This document shows positions 37,565 through 50,516 of a stretch of 64,000 nt of DNA, one piece after another; position 1 is the first letter of the stretch; the number at the start of each line of letters is the position of its first letter. Source of the DNA: Octopus sinensis (Eukaryota); NCBI RefSeq assembly GCF_006345805.1, contig NC_043004.1:12152001-12216000 (forward strand), given 5' to 3'. Below the pieces are notes generated by a model, which saw nothing but the letters and a program-made list of their open reading frames with translations, made no database searches and had not been told where the DNA came from. Position numbers and translations under genes: made by a program.

Positions 37565-38029
37565 ATATATATATATATATATATATATCGGCATTTCTCT
37601 TTTAATTTCTCACAATTTCATACTGTGCATACATACATGTATATGTATATATATATATGAGTGTGTGTATATATATATGTATATGTTTATATAGGTATAT
37701 GCTTTTATATATATATATATAGGCATGGGCCCTTCAGCAAGTCTCATACTGTGTGTGTGTGTGCATTACTGTCGCTTTCTTTTGATATCATGTGACAGTT
37801 GTAAACAAGTGCCACTGTCATGCTTGCAGTGTCTTTTGGTTTCAATCTTCCATGAAAACATGTCTGGTCACAGGGAAATATTACCTTAGTTGGAAACTGG
37901 TGAGGACTGATGACAGGAAAGGCATCCAGCCTCAGGCGAGTGTCTTCTACTATAGCCTCGGGCCAACCAAAGCCTTGTGAGTGGATTGGGTAGATGGAAA
38001 CTGAAAGAAGTCCATTTTATATATATTTT

Positions 38030-38560
38030 GATTGATTGATTGATTCTAGTTTCAGCTCATGAGCTGTGGCCATGCTGGGGCACCGCCATTTGGTGTTGCT
38101 GCATGGTTTTACTTCACGAAAACTTTTTAGCAACTGTCATTTGGTGCATGAGAGAGTTCGATGCAGCTGCCCTCATCTGCCGTGAAGTTGGTTCATCTGG
38201 GATACCTGACAGGAAGAGATCCAGTTTCATTTTAAAGACATCTGCATCCACCCCATACAGGTCTCTTAGGTTCTTCGGGAGGATATTGAAGAGCTGTGGG
38301 CCTCGGAAGCCCAGGCTATCACAGTATCTTGTCCTACATCTTGATGGCAAATTTGGAGTCCTAGGCACCACGCAGTGGCGCCCAGTTCTGGCATTTGTGT
38401 AACTCTCGATGCCAAAGTTTGGGACAAGTCCCTCCAGGATCTTCCAGATGTATGTTATGGTATATCTTTCCCGCCTACGCTCCAAGGAATATAGTTTTAA
38501 TCTCTTGAGTCTTTCCCAGTAGCTTATATTCTGCATAGAGGCTATCTTCTTCGTGTAGCT
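38030..38560 (-). mobile_element. CR1/L2-group LINE 3' end with an intact 140-codon frame
   Basis: SYWERLKRLKLYSLERRRERY...GPQLFNILP...FKMKLDLFLSGIPDEP; 3' UTR GGCGGTGCCCCAGCATGGCC plus stem-loop; (ATCA)n tail. Confidence 0.9.
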
Positions 38561-38574
38561 ATGTTGGATCGCCT

Positions 38575-39120
38575 TTTATTCTTTTATCTGTTTCAGTCAT
38601 TTGACTGCAGCTATGTGTGGTGCACCACCCTTAGTCAAACAGCTCAACCCCAGGACTTATTCTTTGTAAACCTAGTACTTATTCAATCGATCCCTTTTGC
38701 CGAATCACTAAGTTATGGAAATAAAAAAACACACCAAAATCAGTTATCAAGCGATGAGGGGGGACAAACACAGACACATACATACATACATATATATACA
38801 TACAACGGGCTTCTTTCAGTTTCTGTCTACCAAATCCACTCACAAAGTTTTGGTTGGCCCGAGGCTATAGTAGAAGACACTTACCCAAGGTGCCATGCAG
38901 TGGGACTGAACCCGGAACCATGTGGCTGGTAAGCAAGCTTGTTACCACACAGCCACATCTCCACCCACCATTGCTTGACAACCAGTGTTGATGTGTTTAC
39001 GTCCCTGTAACTTAACAATTCGGCAAAAGAGACTGATAGAATAAGTTTTTGATTTGTTCAAATAAAGGCGGTGCTCCAGCATGGCCAAAGTCAAATGACT
39101 GAATCAAGTAAAAGAGTTAT
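38575..39120. mobile_element. Family A SINE (38575-38960 minus) plus an inverted 3' half (38965-39120 plus)
   Basis: Family A motifs in both orientations. Confidence 0.8.
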
Positions 39121-39482
39121 TATAATGGTGTGTTAGACAGATTATTCTTAAGGTTTAATGCATGAAAAAATTGAAAGCCAGTTAGTCTAAAATCTGATAT
39201 TGGCAACTAAAATGTGTAGTAACCTTTGAATGGTAAATATTTGTAAGTCTGAAACTGGAAGCTATAGAAATCTGAAGAAATAAAGTGTTAAAAGTTCTTA
39301 AGTTCACTAATAGCAAATCAGTAAAGTAATAAAAGTTTTGAGACAATAAAAAGGCACAAGAAAAGACAAAAAATATTAAGCAACCTGAAGCATCTGAAAT
39401 GCAGATAAGAGAACTTAATTTTTATATAATTACATTGTGTATATCATAATATATGTTCCGTCTGTGTGTGTCTGTGTGTGTT

Positions 39483-39516
<34 letters not shown>

Positions 39517-40165
39517 TTGCATGTCATTACATACACAGTTGTACATACATAATCATACGGCCACGCACACAGACAATGATACAGGCACTACAAGAAATGC
39601 ATATACATGCTGTTATACATGTATGCTACATGTACGTGTGTGTGTGTGTGCATGTGCGTGTTTGTGTATGTATACATGCACACATATACATACACATGCA
39701 AAAATACACACACACATTTATGCATGCAGATAAATTTATATAGGCATACATATATGTGTGTAAATATATATATATATATATACATACATGCGTATGCCTA
39801 TGTATATATACATGCATATGTATGTATGTGTGTGTGTGTGTGCATGTGTGTATATATATATGCATACATATATATATATATACATAAATATGTATACATA
39901 TATATATGTATACATATATATATGTATATATATATATACATATATATAAACATATATATATATATATATACGTGTATATTTATACATATATATTTAATTA
40001 TACATATATATTTATATATACATATATTTATACATATACGTATGCATATATGTGTACATATATATATATATATATACATATATTTATATACTTACATTTA
40101 TATACATATATATATACATACATATCTATGTTTACATTTCTATACATACGTATATATGCATATAT

Positions 40166-40196
<31 letters not shown>

Positions 40197-40472
40197 GTAC
40201 ACCCCCCCCCATATATATGCACACGCCCTCACACAATTTTCAAAAATCTATTACCGGTTCAATCCTCTTGGCTATGATCGTACAATGTTACTATAAGTAA
40301 GCATTGGTGCATCAGTATCAACATTGCACACATGTACATACATTTTTGTCTTAGTGTAAATGTACCTGTATGGGTTTAAGCTATGCATATATATATATAT
40401 ATATATATATACGATATATGTTGTACATTGTTCAATATAATATGATGTAATCTTTGAAGCTGTGTGTATATT

Positions 40473-40648
40473 CTATAAATGCGAATATCCTTGTGAGCTG
40501 ATTTCATTGATTCTCTCTGTGTGCATAAGATATACACTGCGTGAATGTAAGCGTGAAGTGAATGAATGAAAGAGAGAAGTAGTTTGTCTCAGTTCCATGT
40601 TGTTTAGATTTTCTTGGATGTAGAACACATCCACATCATCAGATCTGT
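40473..40648 (-). CDS. Candidate coding exon (possibly terminal) of an unidentified minus-strand gene
   Basis: Strong pyrimidine tract plus CAG at 40651-40649; open frame DRSDDVDVFYIQENLNNMELRQTT...QGYSHL* in unique sequence; no recognisable homology. Confidence 0.35.
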
Positions 40649-40734
40649 CTGGAGACAGAGGGAAAGATAGACAGACAGAGAGTGAGAGAGATTTGCTTAA
40701 ATGGATAGATAGATAGATAGATAGGTAGAGAACA

Positions 40735-40945
40735 AAAAAAGTTAATCCAAACAAGAAAGCACAAAAAACACAACGCGAGTTCGTGGAACAAATATAGTAT
40801 TATTGGACACTCAGGAAAGAAGGAAAGAAGGAGGGTTTAACGTTTCGAGTGAAGCTCTTCGTCGGAAACATAGGAGAAGGAAAGATCCAGAGAAGGGAAG
40901 ACAGAGGAAAAAAAATCGCCAACGGTACACACAAGGTCACATTTA
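40735..40945 (-). mobile_element. Non-autonomous Penelope-like element
   Basis: Homologous to 9030-9230; hammerhead motif. Confidence 0.65.
40835..40869 (-). ncRNA. Minimal type-I hammerhead ribozyme (single U4C change)
   Basis: GUUU CCGACGA A GAG CUUCA CUC GAAAC GU U AAAC: stems I, II and III all intact. Confidence 0.65.
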
Positions 40946-40952
40946 TACTTAC

Positions 40953-40962
40953 CTTCTTGTAC
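40953..40962 (-). CDS. Candidate 10-nt microexon GTACAAGAAG
   Basis: Long pyrimidine tract plus TAG acceptor; AAG|GTAAGT donor; joins in frame to 40648 (VQE-D-RSDD). Confidence 0.35.
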
Positions 40963-41443
40963 CTAGAGACGGAGGGAAAGATAGACAGACAGAGAATGAG
41001 AGAGATTTGCTTAAATGGATATAATCATACAGATACTAACATTCAAATATACCACCACTATCACTTAATGCACCTTTTTCCAGGCTGGCATGGGTTATAA
41101 ACCTGCCTGTCTGTCTATCTCTCTGGCTACCCATCTCTTTCTTTCTCTTTCTCTCTCCTCTCTCTCTAGATAGATAGATAGATAGGTAGGTATTGCTGTC
41201 CTCATATATATACTATGCTTATGTATATACATTGTTCACATTGACTTGAAAGATTAAGCCTTCATTAGATTACTGATGACAGCTTACCTGTCCGAAACTT
41301 CAAAGTCCCTGCCAACGATATTTTTCTTTTAGAATAAACGCATGCACTACAAAACTATAGAGTAACATCTGAGATTGATGTAAAATTGTTTTTATTATAA
41401 CTAAATATAAAAATAAGCATTAACATATATATATATATATAAA

Positions 41444-41500
<57 letters not shown>

Positions 41501-41505
<5 letters not shown>

Positions 41506-41682
41506 GCATAAGTGGGCTGGCTACATCCCAGGTAGAGGCCATGGGTTATGCTCTCGCTTGTCCTGCCGGGTCTTCCCATGCACAGCATACTTCCAAAGGT
41601 CTCAGTCTCTGGTCATTTCCTCGGTGAGACCTAAAGTTCGAAGGTCGTGCTTCACCACCTCGTCTCAGGTTTTCCTGGGTCT
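41501..41682 (-). mobile_element. RTE-clade LINE 3' end
   Basis: RPRKT*DEVVKHDLRTLGLTEEMTRD*DLWKYAVHGKTR. Confidence 0.8.
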
Positions 41683-42084
41683 AGTGTATACAGATATATG
41701 CATAAATGTATATATGTAGTAGAAAACACTTGTGCAAAGTGTCACACAGTGGGACTGAACTGGGAACCATATAGTTGGGAAGGAGATTTCTTTTTTTTTT
41801 GTCAATCAGTCCCACCCATGCCAGTATGGAAGGCAGATGTTAAACAATGATGATCATGAGATATATATATATATATATATAATAATAAATATTAGGGAAT
41901 AAATCCAAATTTACAGGGAAAAAATCAGAATTTGAAAACTGACTTATTGGAAGTCCCCTGAAGATTGTCGATCAAGACAAGAAACAATTGTAGTGGCGGT
42001 TTTTTTTACTATTTATTAAAATTTTATGTATTGATTAAGTCTTCCTTGTTTGTTTTGCAAAATAGTGGTTTTGTCTCTAATAAT

Positions 42085-42159
<75 letters not shown>

Positions 42160-42186
42160 GTATATGATATATTATATATATATATA

Positions 42187-42519
42187 AGGTCCCGTCTTCC
42201 ACATCCAGGGTAAGGAGCAGATACTGTAATAGCCTGGGGTTCAGGGGCCTCAGCTTTTCAACAAACTGCCAAGAAAACTAAGAGATCTGCATGATGCGGA
42301 TGTGGACATTTTCAAAAACATCTAGACAAGCTGCTTTCCGGATCCCAGATGAACCACTGCAAGGTACGAGGGTAACCTAAGGGCAGCAGCTACAAATCTC
42401 TCTTAGATCAGTGGCCAGCCACGGCAAACTGGACTTAGAGAGGGTAGCAACAAGGGCGGTGCCCCAGCATGGCCTCAGCCGGATGGCTGAAACAAGTAAA
42501 AGAGTAAAAGAGAAAAGAG

Positions 42520-42520
<1 letters not shown>
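42187..42520 (+). mobile_element. CR1/L2-group LINE 3' end, second subfamily, with the family A tail
   Basis: SRYCNSLGFR..QLFNKLPRKLRDL...IPDEP (frameshifted); tail GGCGGTGCCCCAGCATGGCCTCAGCCGGATGGCTGAAACAAGTAAAAGAGTAAAAGAG. Confidence 0.8.
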
Positions 42521-42573
<53 letters not shown>

Positions 42574-42851
42574 TTATGTATATATATATCATGATCATCA
42601 TCGTTTAACATCTGCTTTCCATGCTGGCATTGGTAGGACGGTTTGACACAAAAGATAGCAAAACCAAAGCCAGTAACTGTTTTGGCAGGATTTTTACTGC
42701 TGGATGCAGTAAACCACTATCACCAACCACTAACAGGGTCACCGAGTCTTGCAAGACAAAAAAAAACTCTTTGAGAGAAGAGAGGACATTGGTTAGATGA
42801 TGAAAGGTTATAGTGAGGCACAGAGACAGAAGTGTGTGTGTTGTGTGTATA

Positions 42852-42891
<40 letters not shown>

Positions 42892-43043
42892 AATATACAC
42901 ACTTATATATACATTTATATATCTGGCTGCGTAACCCTTTCTGGCTGGGTAAGCTTGTGCCTCCTCTACAACAAGACACCTGTTTCTGTCTCTCAGTTAC
43001 ATAAGTATGTATATATGTATATGTATGTATGTATATATGTATG

Positions 43044-43074
<31 letters not shown>

Positions 43075-43989
43075 ATATATCTATATATATATATAGGTGT
43101 GTGTGTATATATATGTATATACATATATATATGTATATATATATAGATATATATATATATAGTATATATATATATATTATATATATATAATATATATATA
43201 TTAATGTATACAGATATATACATAAATGTATCTATGTAGTAGAAAACACTTGTCCAAAGTGTCACACTGTGGGACTGAACTGGGAATCATGTGGTTGGGA
43301 AGGAGATTTCTTACAACATTGCCACAGCCATACCTATGGACCATGCCTATACCTATGGTCTTTGTAAAATACAGAAAACAGGAATGGTATTCTATGCTTT
43401 ATAAAACTAATACGTATTTTGGCAAATTACTGTTGTTGAAACATTATATATTCTTGTGAAGACATCTCATCAGTATTCAGCATGAAATGCAATTGAGGTG
43501 TTAAATGCCCAATATACATTCCCATTATGCAAATTGTAAACAAAATTGCCAGTGACACAATGCAGTTGGAGACAAGTGTCTCCTGAGACTGATGGTTGGA
43601 ATGGATGAATTTATTTTCAAAGCAGAGATTAGGCTCAAATGCTTATAACAGAGTTAACCAGAGCCATCCAAGCATCTGACTGTGGTGTTCAAATAGGTGA
43701 TAGATTATGTCTGCCACATAAGGAAGCCATGACTGGATTTGAACTCAGGGTGCAAAGTGCCAGAGTGAATATCAATACACATCCCATCCAAATGTATTTA
43801 TCATTGTGCTAATCCACTGCCCTGGATTAGTGGAATTATAAACAGAAAGCTACTTCCTTTTATTCGTCTCAAATTTTGGCACAAGGCCAGCAATTTTAAG
43901 GGAGGGGTTAAGTTGATTACATCAACCCTAGTTTGACCAGCCTGCTAACCTTTCTGTCAGCTTTGCTGCCTTGTTACTTTTATTGACAC

Positions 43990-44430
43990 AGGCATGGCTG
44001 TGTGATAAGAAGCTTGCTTCCCAACCACATGGTTCTGGGTTCAGTCCCACTGTGTGGCACCATGTGCAAGTGTCTTCTGCTATTGTTCATGGCCAATCAA
44101 AACCTTGTGAGTGGATTTGGGAGGCAGAAAACTGAAAGAAGCCCATCGTATATATATATATATATATGAAATGGAATAAAAATGCAATAGAGGACAATAA
44201 AACATTTGGACAGATAGAAACAACAATTAGAAGGACAGGTGAAAAAAGAGGGATCATTCATGGCCTTCTTTCCTCAGTCAAGTATACCAGAAGTCCTTAC
44301 TGTTTCGGGCAATGTCTTTGTGTCTATGTTTGTCCTCCCACCATCGCTTGACAACTGCAGCTCGGCAAAGGATAGAACAAGTAGAAGACAGTGCTCCAGC
44401 ATGGCTGCAGTAAACGAGTGCAGAAAGTAA
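43990..44430 (+). mobile_element. Family A SINE (rearranged)
   Basis: Head 43990-44150; 3' part 44315-44430. Confidence 0.7.
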
Positions 44431-44523
44431 AAGAATAAAAGAATAATTGAAATGCTGGCGTAAGACAGGGCTGAGTTTATCAAGATTTGAACTCACAACT
44501 CACAAAATTCTTTGAAGTTTTTT

Positions 44524-44537
44524 GTTTCTATAGCAAC
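44524..44537. promoter_or_regulatory. RFX X-box-like motif
   Basis: GTTTCTATAGCAAC fits GTTNYY-N2-RGYAAC; YY1-like CCGCCATATT at 44700-44709. Confidence 0.3.
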
Positions 44538-44944
44538 AGCGCTGATTTTATCATCCAGCTTTCAAAATTATTATAAACTCTGGGTGCATGGAAAAAAAAA
44601 AGTACACAGTCCATCCAGGCAAGATTTTTTAAAATAGAGAACTTGAAGAAGCAGCGCAACTAAATATTTCAGCGCATTTCATTTAATACTGTAACAATTC
44701 CGCCATATTGTATTTCGGATGCTGCTGACAGTGGTGGTGGTGGAGGCGGCAGTGGTGGTGGTTGTTGTTGTTGTTGTTGTTGTTTTGGTGGGGTTTGGGC
44801 GATGGTAGTGGATGTGCTGCTGCTGCTGATGAAGATGATGTTGATGCTGATGGTGATGATCATGATGGCAACATTAACAATAACAACAATAGTACAAACA
44901 GCAACTTAATAATAGCTGCAACAACAAAATAATAAATGATTGCA

Positions 44945-45009
44945 TTGATAATAATAATAATAATAATGATAATGAAAACTAATAATAATAATAATGATAA
45001 TGAAAACTT

Positions 45010-45049
<40 letters not shown>

Positions 45050-45083
45050 AAACTAATAATAATAATAATGATAATGAAAACTT

Positions 45084-45123
<40 letters not shown>

Positions 45124-45157
45124 AAACTAATAATAATAATAATGATAATGAAAACTT

Positions 45158-45206
<49 letters not shown>

Positions 45207-45240
45207 AAACTAATAATAATAATAATGATAATGAAAACTT

Positions 45241-45280
<40 letters not shown>

Positions 45281-45314
45281 AAACTAATAATAATAATAAT
45301 GATAATGAAAACTT

Positions 45315-45354
<40 letters not shown>

Positions 45355-45386
45355 AAACTAATAATATAATATGATAATGAAAACTT

Positions 45387-45426
<40 letters not shown>

Positions 45427-45460
45427 AAACTAATAATAATAATAATGATAATGAAAACTT

Positions 45461-45498
<38 letters not shown>
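44945..45498. repeat. Higher-order (AAT)n-based tandem array, 7 dimers
   Basis: Strict alternation of GAAAACT-(AAT)5 and GAAAACTTTT-(AAT)~9-13 monomers. Confidence 0.95.
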
Positions 45499-45700
45499 TG
45501 CCCGAGTATTCCCTGTAGAAAGCAACCGAAATGACACTGATGGATTAGACCCATTTGGTAATATCTTATCAGTTTCATGCAGTTTTTAGTAGGTTCAGTT
45601 CCAGAGAATGTCTAGTTGTAGCTGGATTGGTTTGGTTAGTGTTTGTAATAGAAATACATTGTGAAGTCGTACAAGAAAGGAAAGTACTGGAAGAGGTGTA

Positions 45701-45763
<63 letters not shown>

Positions 45764-45844
45764 GAAAATGATTGAATACAGAAGACAAAGTAGAATATAT
45801 CATCATCATCATCATCATCATCATCATCTAATGTCTGCATTCTT

Positions 45845-46380
45845 TGGTACTCTAGGCACTAGGCCTGAAATTTTGAGGGAGAGGGCCAGTCGATTAGATC
45901 AACTTCAGTATGTAACTGGTACTTAATTTATCGACTCCAAAAGGATGGAAGGCAAAGTCAACCTTGGCAGAATTTGAAATCAGAACGTAAAGACAGACAA
46001 AATACAGCTGAGCTTTTTCGCCCGGCATGCTAATGGTTCTGCCAGCTCGCTGCCTTAGCTATTAATAAATATTCTTTTCTAATCCAGACACAAGGCTCGA
46101 CATTTTGGGGCAGGAGCCAAGTCAATTACATCGACACCATTGTGTAACTGGTACTTAATTTATCGACCCCAAAGGGATGGAAAGCAAAGTCGACCTCAGT
46201 GGAATTTGAACTCAGAGCGTAAAGACAGACAAAATACTACTAAGCATTCCACCCTGCGTGCTAACATTTCTGCCAACTCACTGCCTTTAATTATATGCTT
46301 TTCTTCTCTAGGCACAATGCCCGAAATTTTTGGGGAGAGGGCCAGTCACTTAGATCGACCCACTATGCAACTGGTACTTT
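45845..46380 (-). mobile_element. Three tandem family B SINEs
   Basis: Repeated AACTGGTACTTAATTTATCGAC cores at about 45915, 46147 and 46368. Confidence 0.75.
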
Positions 46381-46434
46381 AGATGAATGTTGTTCATTCC
46401 CTTTTGTATCATTTATATATATATATATACATAT

Positions 46435-46694
46435 TGGCCGTTGCCAGCGACGCCTGGCCTCCGTGCCGGTGGCATGTAAAAAGCACCATCCGACTGTGGT
46501 TGTTTGCCAGCCCCGTGTGGCACGTAAAAAGCACCCACTACACTCATGGAGTGGTTGGCGTTAGGAAGAGCATCCAGCCATAGAAACATTGCCAGATCAG
46601 ACAGGGCCTGGTGCAGCCATCTGGCTTCCCAGACCCCAGTTGAACCATCCAACCCATGCTAGCATGGAAAGCGGGCGCTAAATGATGATGATGA

Positions 46695-46700
<6 letters not shown>
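46435..46700 (+). mobile_element. Family C element
   Basis: Near-consensus body with (GAT)n tail. Confidence 0.8.
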
Positions 46701-46765
<65 letters not shown>

Positions 46766-47779
46766 AAGTACAGATTTTATCTGGGTGTTGGTAGAGTTAT
46801 CCATTGTTTGATGTAACACCACCACCTGGTCAACAAGATTTTATGTGGACCCCTCTCTGGGTTAGGGCATTCATGCTAGACCTCCTGTTTGAGGTTAGCT
46901 CTGTCTTGAGGCACAACATTCTGTATCAGCACCGCACGATTGGGAAGTTCTGTTGCTGCTTGATCTCATCAGTGTGAGTAAGCAAAGCTGCAAAAAATAT
47001 GGATGTTGTTATTCCTGCTCTTTGATTAAGACATAAAAAGAGCAAATACACACACAAAAAAAAAAAAAAGAAAAACAACTTTAAAGATAAATTCTAATTT
47101 AAATGTCAAGTATATTGAAGATCGAAGCAGTGAAATACCATTTTCAAAGATATGAGTTAGATATTCCTTTGCAAGTTGTGCAATACATGTCTGTGTTGCA
47201 TAACCAATGATCAGTTACTCTCAGCTAATGTTATGTATGTGGGGGTGTTTTTTAAGGCTACGTAATGTGCTTCAAGTCAAGTGCTGTACACTGAATTTTA
47301 ATTGGAGGTACTTAACTTAAATGATTAATGTAAAAGTGAAAAATAGAAATGAAACAAAAAATTTCATATAAAAATATGAATGGAACGAAATGGAAAGATT
47401 GAAAATATATGTTTTTTAAATAAATAATTTAAAAAATGAGATAAATAAGTAATATACAAAAAGATTTTGGCATTTTATTTATGAGAGACATAAACATGCA
47501 AATATATACATATATGTGTGTGTGTGTATGTATACTCACACACACATATGTAATTTATTTATATACTTATTAACATATATATATAATCATATATGTGTAT
47601 ACATATGTATAATATATATATATATACATACATATATATATATATATACATAAATATGTATATATATATGTATATATATATATATATATACATATATACA
47701 CACATATATATACATATATATATATACATATATATATATATACACACACACATATATATGTGCATGTGTGTATGTATAC

Positions 47780-47822
<43 letters not shown>

Positions 47823-48427
47823 TATATATATATGTGCATGTGTGTATGTATACATATATATATATATATACATATATATCATACATATTTATTGATACAT
47901 AATTATATATATATATATATATTTCTCCTCTAGTCCCCACCCCTCACCTTTTCTCTTCCTGTCCCCGCACCTCTCTCTCTCTCTAATCCCATATCAGCTG
48001 CGCTATGTAACCCACTCACAAAACACTTGTTACACTTAAGTTTCGCAAGTGGTATATTTGTTGCATTCATTTGTCTAATGATTATTTGCATCATATATCT
48101 GAAGTATGAAACTGAAAATTATGATCTCTTAAGCCGTAATGGTTTGCTTCAATAAATATTTAAACTCCACCACTATATTAATGACTCTTTCCAATTCTAT
48201 GCATATGTCTAAATAATTTTGTATCCCAGGAGGAGGTCTCTGAGAATGGAATGTCCTGGTTGACACACCTATAAATCTAAAAATTAGGATAGTTATATTT
48301 GTAGTGTAAGGGAAAAAAAAATATATATATATATATCAGTAGCCTGGCGTAGTCTTCTACCTGGCCAGCACTTGTCAAACTGTCCGACCAATGCAAAGCA
48401 TGGAAGATGGATGTTAAATAATGATGT

Positions 48428-48463
<36 letters not shown>

Positions 48464-48473
48464 CGATGACGAG

Positions 48474-48506
<33 letters not shown>

Positions 48507-49891
48507 ATGTCCACTTTTTCCATACCTGCATGAGTCAAGCATAATTTATTGCGGCAGATTTCCTATAGCCGGGATGCTTTTCCTGTTGCCAACACTCACC
48601 CTTTTCCAAGCAAGATATGTTCTACACAGAAGATTGGAAATGGAGACCCCACCCTATGGTGACATTTGTTTACAATCATTACACGATGTCAGACAAGTAC
48701 ACACATAGACACACACAGAACACACAACAGACTTCTGTTAAATTTCTGTCTACCAAATCCACCCACACGGCTTTGGTTGTATGTGTATGGTTGTGGGTGT
48801 ATATGGGTGTGTGTGTGTGTGTGTGTGCAAGCACATGCTCACTGATGCTGGAGACATGTAAAAGTCACCATGTTACCCAATGATGCATAAAATGCTCCCA
48901 TACACACATATCTGTCTATATATATATATATTACACACACACATATGTAGTATATATATGTGTGTATGTGTATGTCTCTCTCTATATATATGTCTGTGTG
49001 TGTATATATATATATATACACATCTGTGTGTGTGTGAGAGAGACAGAGAAGTTAATGGAAGGTGGGTGGTGAGTTGAGGCCAAAGGGGATGTGTATTCAG
49101 AGACAAGAGACAAATTTTTGTTCTCTGCAAAGATTACAGTTCATGAATCTGTTGTACAACACCTAAGCTAAACACTGTATTGGGTAGAGTGTATTAGGTA
49201 TTGGGTAGATTGGGCTGCTGATCAGAAATTATGAGAAACACGTATGTATATTATATTAGAAAGTGAGAGTTGGTGAATAAGATATTACTGTGATAATGTT
49301 CCGTTCCACCGCTATCTGGCTGTGTTTCTTCAGAGATATTTCCTAGATGTAAACTGATCAAATAAAGCATTAAATCAACTGTCTGTTAATAGCTGTTCTG
49401 TTCTATCTTTATTGTGGGTCAGGTTGTCCTAAGGTTTTAGATGAAGACACAGATTCCATTAGAAAGACAGCCAGGAAATTAGTTAACAGTGTCTTGACTG
49501 CTATAGTGATTGATTACAATTCAGAGAGGCTTTGTAACTGCTTCACCATATATAACATATTTCTTCACTTCTTACCAATGAAGAAACCTGTATGTGGTTA
49601 ATTGACTTGCTAGAAATAAAAGCCAAATTATATCCTGCTGTTCTAAACAGACAAGTAACATTCGATAGTCGTGTCTGAAGTACCAATACACTATGGACCC
49701 TTGCCCTAGGGTCTCTAAATACCAAGCCATGGACCAGCACTGGGACTGGGAGCATTTCGTACCAGGTTTTTAAAGATTATTGCAATCAGAATGGTATTTC
49801 TGCATTATATATGTATCTGTTATACACAGAATATATCATCATCATCATTATCATCGTCATCATCTGCTTTGCATGCTGGTAGGGGTTAGAC

Positions 49892-50516
49892 CAGTGTTTC
49901 TCAACCTTTTTTACCCTTGCATAACCCTTAAAATAAATTACATGTCTCAAGGAATCCCTGCACAACAAAAATTATAGACCATATCTTCATCATAGGTCAC
50001 AAGGTAAATATCATGTATGTATGTATGTATGTAATGGCCCAGTGGATGCTCCACAAGGCTCCGACAGGGGCTGTTGGCGACCCCCATTGTACTCTTTCAC
50101 CTCAACTTTCTCTCACTCTCTCTTCCTGTTTCGTGAGTAATGCTGTGATGGACTAGTGTCCCATCCAGCTGTGGGGAACACATACGCCACAGAAACCGGG
50201 AAACCGGGCTCATGAGCCTGGCTAGGCTTGAAAAGGACAACGTTTACATTTATTATGTATATATGTATGTATATAAGGTGTCCATAAATTACAGACATCA
50301 CTAAATATATCCCCAATGGCTGTTATAGTTTTTTGATAACATAATAGATTAACTAAGATGATGTCTATATTACAATATTACAATAATATGTTGTGCATAT
50401 ATAGTAACATTATGATCATGAAATTAACATTAGCTTATCTCACTCTTTCTTGCAGAACCCCTAGGGACCTTTTGCAGAACCTTAGGGTTCTGGGGTACCC
50501 TGGTTGAGAAATGCTG
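49892..50516. mobile_element. hAT-type MITE inserted into a family C element
   Basis: TIRs CAGTGTTTCTCAACC / GGTTGAGAAATGCTG; perfect 8-bp TSD GGTTAGAC at 49884-49891 and 50517-50524. Confidence 0.9.
50030..50250 (+). mobile_element. Family E-related SINE with a different 3' tail, nested in the hAT MITE
   Basis: Shares GCTCCAC.AGGCTCCG...GTACTCTTTCACC.CAACTTTCTCTCACTCT with family E; ends GAAACCGGGAAACCGGGCTCATGAGCC. Confidence 0.65.

Noticed and set aside
41283-41355. Minus-strand CAG|GTAAGC donor with an open upstream frame
   Set aside because: Resembles a dispersed repeat I recall from octopus sequence, and its phase does not fit the 40953-40962 microexon.
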